Shown here in pieces: positions 10,622 to 20,617 of a DNA stretch of 64,000 nt (positions are counted from its first letter, which is position 1; every line of letters begins with the position of its first letter). The position numbers and the translations under genes were made by a program. The notes under the pieces were generated by a model. That model was not told where the DNA came from. It worked only from the letters and a program-made list of their open reading frames with translations, and searched no databases. Source of the DNA: Escherichia coli (lineage in GTDB: Bacteria > Pseudomonadota > Gammaproteobacteria > Enterobacterales > Enterobacteriaceae); assembly GCF_009931435.1 (NCBI RefSeq), contig NZ_CP043414.1; one strand, 5' to 3'.

Positions 10622-13600
10622 TTACTTATTTAGCGCCGCACGAATAATTGGCCCTATTTTTTCAAACGCCATCGGCGAGATAATATCCACATGCGCGCAA
10701 TCATGACGATAGATATCCAGCTCCGCAATCCATGGTGCCCAGGCCCGTTCGGGAGTCATCCCCTCCTGAAGCGTGCGTTCGGCAACAAACAGCGTCGCTT
10801 TTCCATCAAACGGAACACTATGGGCAGTGGTCAACAAGCGCACTGCATCAGCGTAGTTGCCTTCAATGGTGGTAAACAGCTCCGTTGAAGTATTTCCCTG
10901 CTGTGCCGCCAGGAAAGCTTCACGTTCGCGGTTAATCTCCGCCAACACTTCCGGGTCCAGACCATTAGCTTCTTTTTCCTGCCAGTTCTGCGTTTCTGGC
11001 GGCCAGGTATCCAGCAAGCCAAGAAATGCCACCTGTTCGCCACGGGCACGCAGCCGTGCCGCAATCCCCTGCGCCAGCGTACCGCCCAGCGAATACCCCA
11101 GCAGGTAATAAGGGCCGTGCGGTTGTTGTTCAAGTAACGTTGCCAGATGCGCTTCGCAGACTTCATCCAGGTTTGCCGCCGTCTGCATGGGGCCATGAGG
11201 GCGCGGAGACTGGATGCCAATAATCGACCATTGAGGATCGAGATAACGCGAGAGCACGCTAAACTGCCAGGCAAAACCAGATGCTGGATGGAAACAAAAC
11301 AGCGTCGGGCCATTACCTTCACGCAACGGCAGGATGGTTTCAAATCCCATGCGCTGGGTGCTGTCTTCTTCACCATCAATAACCGTTGCCAGTTTGGCGA
11401 CGGTTGACGCGACCATCACCTGCCCCGGCGTCACCTGACGGGCAAACTGTCGACTGAGTTGTGCTGCCAGTTTCATTGCCAGTAGCGAATGACCGCCAAG
11501 CGCGAAGAAATCAGCGTCAGCATCCTGCACGTCACAACCCAGTAATGACGAGAACGCCGCGGCGATAATCGTTTCACTGCCCGCTTTCGGCGCACGCCCC
11601 GACGCTTGTGCCTTCAGTTCCGGCAACGGTAAGGCTTTGCGATCCAGCTTACCGTTGGCGCTAAGTGGTAACTGCGGCAGTTGCAGCAGAACCACGGGCA
11701 CCATATGCGGTGGCAATTTTTCGCGAAGCTGCGCCTGCAATGCGCTGGTATCCAGCGGCAGGCCCGATTGCGACACCAGATAGCCCACCAATTGACGCGC
11801 ATCCCCTCCGGTGGCTGCCGCCTGATTAATCACACAAGCGTGGGTAACTGCTTGCTCGACATCCGGCAGCGCCTGCATCACACGATCGATTTCGCCCAGT
11901 TCAATCCGCTGACCACGAATTTTTAGCTGATCATCACTACGCCCGAGATACTCCGCCGCGCCGTTATCCAGCCAGCGGGCAACATCTCCGGTACGGTACA
12001 TGCGTTCACCGGGCGCGAAAGGATCGGCAATAAAGCGGCTGGCGGTCAGATCGGGTCGTCCAAGATACCCCTGCGCCAGTTGAATACCGGTGAGATAGAG
12101 ATCGCCTGCCACACCCGGCGGCACCGGATGCATCATCGCATCGAGAATGCGCAGGCCCGTGTTCCACACCGGGTAGCCAATCGGCACACTGCTGCCGCGT
12201 ACCGCTGCAAGTTCAGCACCAAAGGCTGGATACCAGCTCACATCCACCGCCGCTTCCGTCGGGCCATAAAGATTATGTAACGGCGCGCCGGTTAACTGCT
12301 GCCATTCGCGACATAAATCGGCTGGTAAGGCTTCTCCGCTACAGAAAACCTGTTTCAACGTCGCGCAACTCTGGCGAGCGGTTTCCGACGTCAGCGAAGC
12401 AACAAACGCCGCCAGCATCGACGGCACAAAATGCGTGGTCGTTACGCCATATTCGGCAAAGAATTGTTGCATAGCGAGCGGATCGCGGTGCGCTTCCGGT
12501 TCAGCCATCACCAGTTTCGCCCCAGCAATAAACGGCCAGAAAAACTCCCACACCGAGACATCAAAACTGCACGGCGTTTTTTGGGCAACAACATCTTCGC
12601 CTGTGAGCGGGTAGTGGTTTTGCATCCATAACAGGCGGTTAACGATAGCCGTCTGCCCGACCATCACCCCTTTCGGCCTGCCGGTGGAACCGGAGGTAAA
12701 GATGATATAAGCCGTGTGGTGCGGTTGTGAAAGTTGCAGCGGCGCACTGCCCTGCGGTGTAAGCGGGGCGTTATAGCAAAGACTGGTTAAATTGGGGATA
12801 TCGCTAAAGCGCGGCAGTTGATCATCGGTGGTGATTAACAGTGACGGACGCGCATCTTCCAGCATCATTTTCAGGCGATCGTCCGGATAGCCCGTATCCA
12901 GCGGTAGCCAGGCCGCACCTGCTTCAACTATCGCATGTAGCGCCATAGTCAAAAAGACCGAGCGCGGTAGTGCCACCGCTACGCTGTCGCCAGGTTTAAC
13001 GCCGCGCTCACGCAGCAGATTCGCCAGCGCCACCACCTGCTCGCGCATTTCCCGATAGCTAAACTGGTAACGCGCATCTGCCAGCGCCGGAGCATCCGGT
13101 GTTTTTGCCGCTTGTTCTGCCACCAGCGCGCTAAGCGTAGTTTCTGGAATCTCAACCTGAGTGGCGTTGATCTGCGCCAGCTGTGCATACTCTTCTGGCA
13201 GCAGAATATCGACATCGCCGCACAACCGCGCCGGATCCGCGGCAAACTGCGCCGTCAGCATTTTCAGCCGTTCAGCATGCTTGATTAACGTTGGCTCATC
13301 GTAACGCTGTTTATTGGCGAGGATCTCAATACTCAAATCACCGTTTTCATCCGGGAAAAGGGCCAGTTCAAGGTCATTAACCGGACCGGTTGCCAGGGTA
13401 TGGGTTTGCGTCTGTACCCCCGGAATATCTAACTGATAATCAAATACTTTAATATTGAGCACCGGACCGAACAGCGGTTCCTCTCCCGCCGCGCGCCCGC
13501 TGTCACGGACAATTTGTTCGGCATCGTAACGTTGATGACGACGCATTTTTTTCAGTTGAGCGGCCAGTCGGGATGCCAGTTGCGGCAATGTTTCTTGTGC

Positions 13601-14503
13601 CTCAATGTGAATACCCAACGGCAACACGTTGAGCACAGGTCCGGTAGCCGTCAGCGCAGCTGAGCCCAGTCGACGCATAAAGATAAATCCGGCGGCATAG
13701 TCCATGTGGTTGCACAATCGCCCCAGCCACAAAGCCGCCAGCGCAAGGGCTATATCGGTACGTTGTACACCTGAAAGTTGCGTAGCCAACTGGCGGAATT
13801 CCCCGCCGTTAAATTCCAGTTTCAGACGCAAAATATCTGCCGAGGCGCTGCGCCCAGGTAAAGGGGCTGGAGAAAGTGACGCGGGCGGTGGTAGTTGACG
13901 ACGTTGCTCCGCCCAGAATGCCGCATCACGCTGCCAGGCTTCGCTTTCGCGATACTGCTGGTACTCTTCCACGACATCAGCGAAAGGCGTAAACGGCGAA
14001 GCCGGTGTTGGTTCGCCACGCATCCATGCACAGTAAATGTTGGCGATCTGGCGGGTAATGACCGGGAAACTGAAGCCATCGACCAGCAAATGGTGGTAAC
14101 GCTGATACCAGTACCAGCGGTTATCTGCCACCTGTATCAGTTGATGAAAAACCAGAGGTTTACCGCTATCGACGCGCAGATCTTGTTGCAAATCCGCCTG
14201 CATTAATGCCTGCGCAATACCGTGCGGATCAATGTTAGTTCGCAGGTCGATAATTTCTGGCAGTTCGAACGTCAGCGCATCATCGACCCATTGCCAGACT
14301 TCGCCGTTATCTTCCGTAAAACGCATCCGCAGCGTATCTGCTTGCGCTAATCCGGCAACCACCGCGCGAGCCAGTAATGGCGCATCAACATCTCCGGTTA
14401 ACTCAACGTAATGCGCCACGCTCCAGGCGGAGGGTAAATCCGACAGTTTTTCTGCCATCCAGATGCCGGGCTGTGCGGCAACTAAAGGTAAATGCTGGCT
14501 CAT
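10622..14503 (-). CDS. entF: Enterobactin synthase component F (NRPS: C-A-PCP-TE)
   Basis: 1293-aa product from the ATG at 14503-14501 (MSQHLPLVAAQPGIWMAEKL...); adenylation motifs (FTSGSTGRPKG), PCP (GGHSLLA) and thioesterase (GYSLGG); the ORF extension to 14641 was rejected. Confidence 0.95.
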   Translation of the reverse strand: MSQHLPLVAAQPGIWMAEKLSDLPSAWSVAHYVELTGDVDAPLLARAVVAGLAQADTLRMRFTEDNGEVWQWVDDALTFELPEIIDLRTNIDPHGIAQALMQADLQQDLRVDSGKPLVFHQLIQVADNRWYWYQRYHHLLVDGFSFPVITRQIANIYCAWMRGEPTPASPFTPFADVVEEYQQYRESEAWQRDAAFWAEQRRQLPPPASLSPAPLPGRSASADILRLKLEFNGGEFRQLATQLSGVQRTDIALALAALWLGRLCNHMDYAAGFIFMRRLGSAALTATGPVLNVLPLGIHIEAQETLPQLASRLAAQLKKMRRHQRYDAEQIVRDSGRAAGEEPLFGPVLNIKVFDYQLDIPGVQTQTHTLATGPVNDLELALFPDENGDLSIEILANKQRYDEPTLIKHAERLKMLTAQFAADPARLCGDVDILLPEEYAQLAQINATQVEIPETTLSALVAEQAAKTPDAPALADARYQFSYREMREQVVALANLLRERGVKPGDSVAVALPRSVFLTMALHAIVEAGAAWLPLDTGYPDDRLKMMLEDARPSLLITTDDQLPRFSDIPNLTSLCYNAPLTPQGSAPLQLSQPHHTAYIIFTSGSTGRPKGVMVGQTAIVNRLLWMQNHYPLTGEDVVAQKTPCSFDVSVWEFFWPFIAGAKLVMAEPEAHRDPLAMQQFFAEYGVTTTHFVPSMLAAFVASLTSETARQSCATLKQVFCSGEALPADLCREWQQLTGAPLHNLYGPTEAAVDVSWYPAFGAELAAVRGSSVPIGYPVWNTGLRILDAMMHPVPPGVAGDLYLTGIQLAQGYLGRPDLTASRFIADPFAPGERMYRTGDVARWLDNGAAEYLGRSDDQLKIRGQRIELGEIDRVMQALPDVEQAVTHACVINQAAATGGDARQLVGYLVSQSGLPLDTSALQAQLREKLPPHMVPVVLLQLPQLPLSANGKLDRKALPLPELKAQASGRAPKAGSETIIAAAFSSLLGCDVQDADADFFALGGHSLLAMKLAAQLSRQFARQVTPGQVMVASTVAKLATVIDGEEDSTQRMGFETILPLREGNGPTLFCFHPASGFAWQFSVLSRYLDPQWSIIGIQSPRPHGPMQTAANLDEVCEAHLATLLEQQPHGPYYLLGYSLGGTLAQGIAARLRARGEQVAFLGLLDTWPPETQNWQEKEANGLDPEVLAEINREREAFLAAQQGNTSTELFTTIEGNYADAVRLLTTAHSVPFDGKATLFVAERTLQEGMTPERAWAPWIAELDIYRHDCAHVDIISPMAFEKIGPIIRAALNK

Positions 14504-14718
14504 TGCGCCTCCTGCTGCTGGATGAAATTCGCCGGTGTCAGAGTACGCCAGTGGGCGTCCAGCCACTGCTGGCAGGACGCCTGTGACTGCGGCTGACACA
14601 CAACATCCCAGCCTGCCGGTAAGGCGCACTGTTGCGGCCACAGACTGAATTGCCCCTGCGCATTGCGTAAAATGTAAAACACGCCCTGCGGATCATCGAA
14701 GGGATTACTGAATGCCAT
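14500..14718 (-). CDS. ybdZ: MbtH-like protein YbdZ
   Basis: 72-aa MAFSNPFDDPQGVFYILRNAQGQFSLWP... from the ATG at 14718; the stop overlaps the entF start (ATGA). Confidence 0.9.
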   Translation of the reverse strand: MAFSNPFDDPQGVFYILRNAQGQFSLWPQQCALPAGWDVVCQPQSQASCQQWLDAHWRTLTPANFIQQQEAQ

Positions 14719-14720
14719 AT

Positions 14721-15923
14721 TCAACTCCTGTCATGGAAAAGTGGTTGCCAGAGGTCGATTAGCCCCTGCATCAAGCCACCGCGCCAACAAAGCGCATCAT
14801 GTCCGCCGTCAACCTGACGCCAGAAAATGGATTCTTTTAGGGGGGGTAATTGCGCATACAGCGCCTGATTGGCCCGCATAATCATCGGCTCGCGAAGACC
14901 CGCTTCCAGCACAATGCGCAGACCTTCGGCGCTAACTTCACCAGCTTTGAGCTGTTCAAGTAACATGCCCTCTTGCTGACCGCTCCGGTGCGGCCACCAG
15001 TACGATCCCGACTGGCTTAATACACAGCCAAAGCGTTCAGGCCAGTGCAGTCCGGCATACAGCGCGGAAAGCCCACCAAAACTCTGCCCGGCGACCACAG
15101 TACGATCGGCGCGATCGCTAAAGGGGGCGATAGTTTTCACCTGGGGTAATAACTCTTGCTGTACTGCCAGCCAGAAATCCGCATTACATGGCAGTTCGTG
15201 GGCACGTTGCGTGGTGTCGATAGCGTCGATCAACACGTACACGGCGGGAGGAAGTTGCTGACGATGGGTCAACGAAGTCAGCGCAGGCCAGACGGGCATA
15301 CTCTGCGCCCAAAATTCGCCATCAAGTAAAACTGCCAGCGGACGTTCTTCTGCTGTTGCATCGCCGGTGGTAAAAATCCATACACGGCGTGAATTTTTCA
15401 ACCGTTCACTTTTCCAGATAATTTCTTTGGCAGGCGTTTCTGGCGCTTGCGGACAATCCCATCCTGGTTGCAGGGGCGCTTGCGGCATTTCGAGTGCAGA
15501 AACAGCGTGCCCTCGCCCGCCTTTCCAGCTTTGTGGATTCAGCGGATCGGCTATCGCCAGGGGTAATAGTTTTCGCCAGCCTTCGCGCAATTCGAGGCGA
15601 TCAGGTGATGGAGCAGAAAAAATGTCATCACGTTCGGTAGGAATAAAACAGTAGCTGCCGCGCCAGTTGGCATTGAGTTGTGTCGTCCACTGCCAGACAT
15701 CGGTCCCTGCAATTCGCTGCATCGACTGGGGCTGGCTGTTCTGATGGTGATCGGTCACGCCAGTGATATAGACCCATACGCGCTTTATCGTCGAGTGGTC
15801 TTCAGAACCTTGTGGATCACGCCACCAGAAAGTGACCTGATACATTTCGTCATTCAGACGCTGACATTCCGGGCCATGTTTCGACTGCCACCAGCTCTCA
15901 CTTCCTACTTTTAACGCCGTCAC
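14721..15923 (-). CDS. fes: Enterochelin esterase Fes
   Basis: 400-aa ORF MTALKVGSESWWQSKHGPE... with serine hydrolase motif GQSFGG; directly upstream of ybdZ-entF. Confidence 0.92.
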   Translation of the reverse strand: MTALKVGSESWWQSKHGPECQRLNDEMYQVTFWWRDPQGSEDHSTIKRVWVYITGVTDHHQNSQPQSMQRIAGTDVWQWTTQLNANWRGSYCFIPTERDDIFSAPSPDRLELREGWRKLLPLAIADPLNPQSWKGGRGHAVSALEMPQAPLQPGWDCPQAPETPAKEIIWKSERLKNSRRVWIFTTGDATAEERPLAVLLDGEFWAQSMPVWPALTSLTHRQQLPPAVYVLIDAIDTTQRAHELPCNADFWLAVQQELLPQVKTIAPFSDRADRTVVAGQSFGGLSALYAGLHWPERFGCVLSQSGSYWWPHRSGQQEGMLLEQLKAGEVSAEGLRIVLEAGLREPMIMRANQALYAQLPPLKESIFWRQVDGGHDALCWRGGLMQGLIDLWQPLFHDRS

Positions 15924-15967
15924 ACCATAACCCCATGTTTACTGTGCAATTTTTCATTGATTGCAGA

Positions 15968-16004
15968 AATATATTGATAATATTATTGATAACTATTTGC
16001 ATTT
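15968..16004. promoter_or_regulatory. Fur box(es) in the divergent fes / fepA promoter region
   Basis: atattgataatattattgataactatttgc contains overlapping GATAAT hexamer repeats typical of Fur operators. Confidence 0.6.
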
Positions 16005-16165
16005 GCAATAGCGTAATGGCGCGCCGTGGGAAGCGCGGACATTAATTAACCAACTGCACTGCGTGTCTTTCAGGATCAAAGGTTTTCGCGGTAGCGGGAT
16101 ACGTCGTATTGATGACGACTACGCCCGACAGTTGCAATTCGTGGCAAAAATGCAGGAATAAAACA

Positions 16166-18406
16166 ATGAACAAGAAGATTCATTCCCTGGCCTTGTTGGT
16201 CAATCTGGGGATTTATGGGGTAGCGCAGGCACAAGAGCCAACCGATACTCCTGTTTCACATGACGATACTATTGTCGTTACCGCCGCCGAGCAGAACTTG
16301 CAGGCGCCAGGCGTTTCGACCATCACCGCAGATGAAATCCGCAAAAACCCGGTTGCCCGCGATGTATCGGAGATCATTCGTACCATGCCTGGCGTTAACC
16401 TGACAGGTAACTCCACTAGTGGTCAGCGTGGTAATAACCGCCAGATTGATATTCGCGGCATGGGTCCGGAAAACACGCTGATTTTGATTGACGGTAAGCC
16501 TGTCAGCAGCCGTAACTCGGTGCGTCAGGGCTGGCGTGGCGAGCGTGATACCCGTGGTGATACCTCCTGGGTGCCGCCTGAAATGATTGAACGTATTGAA
16601 GTTCTGCGTGGTCCGGCAGCTGCGCGTTATGGCAACGGCGCGGCGGGCGGCGTGGTTAACATCATTACCAAAAAAGGCAGCGGCGAGTGGCACGGCTCCT
16701 GGGATGCTTATTTCAATGCGCCAGAGCATAAAGAGGAAGGTGCCACCAAACGCACCAATTTCAGCTTGACCGGTCCGCTGGGCGACCAATTCAGCTTCCG
16801 TTTATATGGCAACCTCGACAAAACTCAGGCTGATGCGTGGGATATTAACCAGGGCCATCAGTCAGCGCGTGCCGGAACGTATGCCACGACGTTACCAGCC
16901 GGGCGCGAAGGGGTGATCAACAAAGATATCAATGGCGTGGTGCGTTGGGACTTCGCCCCTATGCAATCACTCGAACTTGAAGCGGGCTACAGCCGCCAGG
17001 GTAACCTGTATGCAGGTGATACCCAAAACACCAACTCCGATTCCTATACGCGCTCGAAATATGGCGATGAAACCAACCGCCTGTATCGCCAGAACTACTC
17101 GCTGACCTGGAACGGTGGCTGGGATAACGGCGTGACCACCAGCAATTGGGTGCAGTACGAACACACCCGTAACTCGCGTATACCGGAAGGTTTGGCGGGC
17201 GGCACCGAAGGGAAATTTAACGAAAAAGCGACACAAGATTTCGTCGATATCGATCTTGATGACGTGATGTTGCACAGCGAAGTTAACCTGCCGATTGATT
17301 TCCTCGTTAACCAGACGCTGACGCTGGGGACTGAGTGGAATCAGCAGCGGATGAAGGACTTAAGTTCCAACACCCAGGCGCTGACCGGAACGAATACCGG
17401 CGGTGCTATTGATGGTGTGAGTGCCACCGACCGTAGCCCATATTCAAAGGCAGAAATTTTCTCGCTATTTGCCGAAAACAACATGGAGCTGACTGACAGC
17501 ACCATCGTAACGCCGGGGCTGCGTTTCGATCATCACAGCATTGTCGGCAATAACTGGAGTCCGGCGCTGAATATATCGCAAGGTTTAGGCGATGACTTCA
17601 CGCTGAAAATGGGCATCGCCCGTGCTTATAAAGCGCCGAGCCTGTACCAGACTAACCCGAACTACATTCTCTACAGTAAAGGTCAGGGCTGCTATGCCAG
17701 CGCGGGCGGCTGCTATTTGCAGGGTAACGACGACCTGAAAGCGGAAACCAGTATCAACAAAGAGATTGGGCTGGAGTTCAAACGCGACGGCTGGCTGGCT
17801 GGCGTCACCTGGTTCCGTAACGATTATCGCAATAAGATTGAAGCGGGCTATGTGGCTGTAGGGCAAAACGCAGTCGGCACCGATCTCTATCAGTGGGATA
17901 ACGTGCCGAAAGCGGTGGTTGAAGGTCTGGAAGGATCGTTAAACGTACCGGTTAGCGAAACGGTGATGTGGACCAACAACATCACTTATATGCTGAAGAG
18001 TGAAAACAAAACTACGGGCGACCGTTTATCGATCATCCCGGAATATACGTTGAACTCAACGCTGAGCTGGCAGGCACGGGAAGATTTGTCGATGCAAACG
18101 ACCTTCACCTGGTACGGCAAGCAGCAGCCGAAGAAGTACAACTATAAAGGTCAGCCAGCGGTTGGCCCGGAAACCAAAGAAATCAGTCCGTACAGCATTG
18201 TGGGTCTGAGCGCGACCTGGGATGTGACGAAGAATGTCAGTCTGACCGGCGGCGTGGACAACCTGTTCGACAAACGTTTGTGGCGTGCGGGTAATGCCCA
18301 GACCACGGGCGATCTGGCAGGAGCCAACTATATCGCCGGTGCCGGGGCGTATACCTATAACGAGCCGGGACGTACATGGTATATGAGCATTAATACGCAC
18401 TTCTGA
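16166..18406 (+). CDS. fepA: TonB-dependent ferric enterobactin outer membrane receptor FepA
   Basis: 746-aa product from the ATG at 16166 (MNKKIHSLALLVNLGIYGVAQAQEP...), TonB box DTIVVTA, C-terminal ...TWYMSINTHF. Confidence 0.95.
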   Translation: MNKKIHSLALLVNLGIYGVAQAQEPTDTPVSHDDTIVVTAAEQNLQAPGVSTITADEIRKNPVARDVSEIIRTMPGVNLTGNSTSGQRGNNRQIDIRGMGPENTLILIDGKPVSSRNSVRQGWRGERDTRGDTSWVPPEMIERIEVLRGPAAARYGNGAAGGVVNIITKKGSGEWHGSWDAYFNAPEHKEEGATKRTNFSLTGPLGDQFSFRLYGNLDKTQADAWDINQGHQSARAGTYATTLPAGREGVINKDINGVVRWDFAPMQSLELEAGYSRQGNLYAGDTQNTNSDSYTRSKYGDETNRLYRQNYSLTWNGGWDNGVTTSNWVQYEHTRNSRIPEGLAGGTEGKFNEKATQDFVDIDLDDVMLHSEVNLPIDFLVNQTLTLGTEWNQQRMKDLSSNTQALTGTNTGGAIDGVSATDRSPYSKAEIFSLFAENNMELTDSTIVTPGLRFDHHSIVGNNWSPALNISQGLGDDFTLKMGIARAYKAPSLYQTNPNYILYSKGQGCYASAGGCYLQGNDDLKAETSINKEIGLEFKRDGWLAGVTWFRNDYRNKIEAGYVAVGQNAVGTDLYQWDNVPKAVVEGLEGSLNVPVSETVMWTNNITYMLKSENKTTGDRLSIIPEYTLNSTLSWQAREDLSMQTTFTWYGKQQPKKYNYKGQPAVGPETKEISPYSIVGLSATWDVTKNVSLTGGVDNLFDKRLWRAGNAQTTGDLAGANYIAGAGAYTYNEPGRTWYMSINTHF

Positions 18407-18443
18407 TGCTAACGTCAGATTGTTGACAAAGTGCGCGTCGTTC

Positions 18444-18545
18444 ATGCCGGATGCGGCGTGAACGCCTTATCCGGCCTACAAAAATTTTGCCAATTCAATA
18501 TATTGCAGGATAGTGTAGGCCTGATAAGCGTAGCGCATCAGGCAG
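18444..18545. repeat. BIME: two inversely oriented REP palindromic units between fepA and entD
   Basis: gccggatgcggcgtgaacgccttatccggcctaca followed by taggcctgataagcgtagcgcatcaggc; REP consensus recognised by eye. Confidence 0.7.
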
Positions 18546-18580
18546 TTTTGCGTTTGTCATCAGTCTCTAATATGGTCGAC

Positions 18581-19201
18581 ATGAAAACTACGCATACCTC
18601 CCTCCCCTTTGCCGGACATACGCTGCATTTTGTTGAGTTCGATCCGGTGAGTTTTCGCGAGCAGGATTTACTCTGGCTGCCACACTACGCACAACTGCAA
18701 CACGCTGGACGTAAACGTAAAACAGAGCATTTAGCCGGACGGATCGCTGCTGTTTACGCCTTGCGGGAATATGGCTATAAATGTGTGCCCGCAATCGGCG
18801 AGCTACGCCAACCTGTGTGGCCTGCGGAGGTATACGGCAGTATTAGCCACTGCGGGACTACGGCATTAGCCGTGGTATCTCGTCAACCGATTGGCATTGA
18901 TATCGAAGAGATTTTCTCTGTACAAACCGCAAGAGAATTGACAGACAACATTATTACACCAGCAGAACACGAGCGACTCGCAGAATGCGGTTTAACCTTT
19001 TCTCTGGCGCTGACACTGGCATTTTCCGCCAAAGAGAGCGCATTTAAGGCAAGCAAGATACAGGCCGCTCAAGGTTTTCTGGATTATCAGATAATTAGCT
19101 GGAATAAACAGCAGATCATCATTCGACTAGAGGATGAGCAGTTTGCTGTGCACTGGCAGATAAAAGAAAAAATAGTCATAACGCTGTGCCAACACGATTA
19201 A
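18581..19201 (+). CDS. entD: Enterobactin synthase 4'-phosphopantetheinyl transferase EntD
   Basis: 206-aa product from the ATG at 18581 (MKTTHTSLPFAGHTLHFVEFDP...). Confidence 0.9.
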   Translation: MKTTHTSLPFAGHTLHFVEFDPVSFREQDLLWLPHYAQLQHAGRKRKTEHLAGRIAAVYALREYGYKCVPAIGELRQPVWPAEVYGSISHCGTTALAVVSRQPIGIDIEEIFSVQTARELTDNIITPAEHERLAECGLTFSLALTLAFSAKESAFKASKIQAAQGFLDYQIISWNKQQIIIRLEDEQFAVHWQIKEKIVITLCQHD

Positions 19202-19322
19202 TTGACAACATCTGGTACGATTCGCCCGCAGCCATCACTGACCACGGGCGAAAGTGTAAAGCAGGTGCCTTACCATCCTGACCTGACAACCGGATATGCG
19301 GGGATTGCTCCCCGCACAACGG

Positions 19323-19475
19323 CTACTTCTTCGGTTCGTAAGCGAGAACAGCCCTGAACTCAATATTACGTTCCTTTACGGTGAACTCACACAGCGAGTC
19401 GCCGACCAGAAGCGTAAATCCCAGCACTGTCAAACACAGCACTATGACTGCCACAAGGGCATATTTCGTCAGCAT
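19323..19475 (-). CDS. hokE: Hok family toxin, copy 1 (entD-proximal)
   Basis: [50 protein letters not shown] (50 aa); a 1-nt deletion upstream breaks the in-frame mok-like extension seen in copies 2 and 3. Confidence 0.8.
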   Translation of the reverse strand: MLTKYALVAVIVLCLTVLGFTLLVGDSLCEFTVKERNIEFRAVLAYEPKK

Positions 19476-19554
19476 GTTTATATTGCCTCCATGCGAAGAA
19501 GGGACTACCATCCAAATTGTCTGGTTTGGAGTGGCGGCCCCAGGGTTGATAGAA

Positions 19555-19618
19555 ATATCTCCTGGGGCTTCATCTTTCCAGACCTCAGAGTTAACCGGAA
19601 AGCTTCAGGCACCCGCCG
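19555..19618 (+). ncRNA. sokE: Putative Sok antisense RNA, copy 1 (position inferred from plasmid R1 hok/sok architecture)
   Basis: Antisense to the mok start and ribosome-binding region; boundaries are approximate and not verified. Confidence 0.25.
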
Positions 19619-19817
19619 TTATCTTACCCTTCCTTAGCAAAATGGCTGTTTATTTATACAGTAAATCCTGTTCCGGACTTTTCATTGGTATTATCGCCCA
19701 TGCCAGTTAAACGAAATCGCCCGCAGCCATTGCTGACCGCGGGCGAAAATGTAAAGCAGGAGCCTTACCATCCTGACCTGACAACCGGATATGCGGGGAT
19801 TACTCCCCGCACAACGG

Positions 19818-19970
19818 CTACTTCTTCGGTTCGTAAGCGAGAACAGCCCTGAACTCAATATTACGTTCCTTTACGGTAAACTCACACAGCGAGTCGCCGA
19901 CCAGAAGTGTAAATCCCAGCACCGTTAAACACAGCACTATGACTGCCACAAGGGCATATTTCGTCAGCAT
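19818..19970 (-). CDS. hokE: Hok family toxin, copy 2, with in-frame mok-like leader ORF extending to 20069
   Basis: Same 50-aa Hok sequence (R at residue 41); the 83-aa in-frame ORF starts [33 protein letters not shown]. Confidence 0.8.
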   Translation of the reverse strand: MLTKYALVAVIVLCLTVLGFTLLVGDSLCEFTVKERNIEFRAVLAYEPKK

Positions 19971-20050
19971 GTTTATATTGCCTCCATGCGAAGAAGGGAC
20001 TACCATCCGAGTTGTTGAGGTTCGGAGTGGCAGCCCCAGGGTTGATAGAA

Positions 20051-20114
20051 ATATCTCCTGGGGCTTCATCTTTCCAGACCTCAGAGTAAACCTGAAACAG
20101 GAAAGCTTCAGGCA
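20051..20114 (+). ncRNA. sokE: Putative Sok antisense RNA, copy 2 (inferred)
   Basis: Same reasoning as copy 1; approximate. Confidence 0.25.
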
Positions 20115-20320
20115 CCCGCCGTTATCTTACCCTTCCTTAGCGAAATAGCTGTTTATTTATACAGTGAGTCCTGTTTCGGACTTCTGTTGGCAAAACTGAT
20201 CATTGCCCTTAAAACGACATCGCCCGCAGCCATCACTGACCGCGGGCGAAAGTGTAAAACAGGTGCCTTACCACCCTGACCTGACAACCGGATATGCGGG
20301 AATTACTCCCCGCACAACGG

Positions 20321-20473
20321 CTACTTCTTCGGTTCGTAAGCGAGAACAGCCTTAAACTCAATATTACGTTCCTTCACCGTAAACTCACACAGCGAGTCTC
20401 CGACCAGAAGCGTAAATCCCAGCACCGTCAAACACAGCACTATGACTGCCACAAGGGCATATTTCGTCAGCAT
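20321..20473 (-). CDS. hokE: Hok family toxin, copy 3 (ybdK-proximal), with in-frame mok-like leader ORF extending to 20572
   Basis: [50 protein letters not shown]; this copy matches my recollection of K-12 HokE (K at residue 41). Confidence 0.85.
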   Translation of the reverse strand: MLTKYALVAVIVLCLTVLGFTLLVGDSLCEFTVKERNIEFKAVLAYEPKK

Positions 20474-20553
20474 GTTTATATTGCCTCCATGCGAAGAAGG
20501 GACTACCATCCAAATTGTTCGGGTTTGGAGTGGCAGCCCCAGGGTTGATAGAA

Positions 20554-20617
20554 ATATCTCCTGGGGCTTCATCTTTCCAGACCTCAGAGTAAACCTGAAA
20601 CCGGAAAGCTTCAGGCA
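20554..20617 (+). ncRNA. sokE: Putative Sok antisense RNA, copy 3 (inferred)
   Basis: Same reasoning as copy 1; approximate. Confidence 0.25.

Noticed and set aside
14504-14641. 46-codon upstream extension of the entF ORF, and similar extensions for fepA (16109), nfrA (37205), ybdF (22298), nfsB (22830), ybdG (23624), pheP (26382), V (60825), FI (62584) and E (63639)
   Set aside because: In each case an internal start codon yields the expected N-terminus and sensible gene spacing, while the extension overlaps the upstream gene or its promoter.
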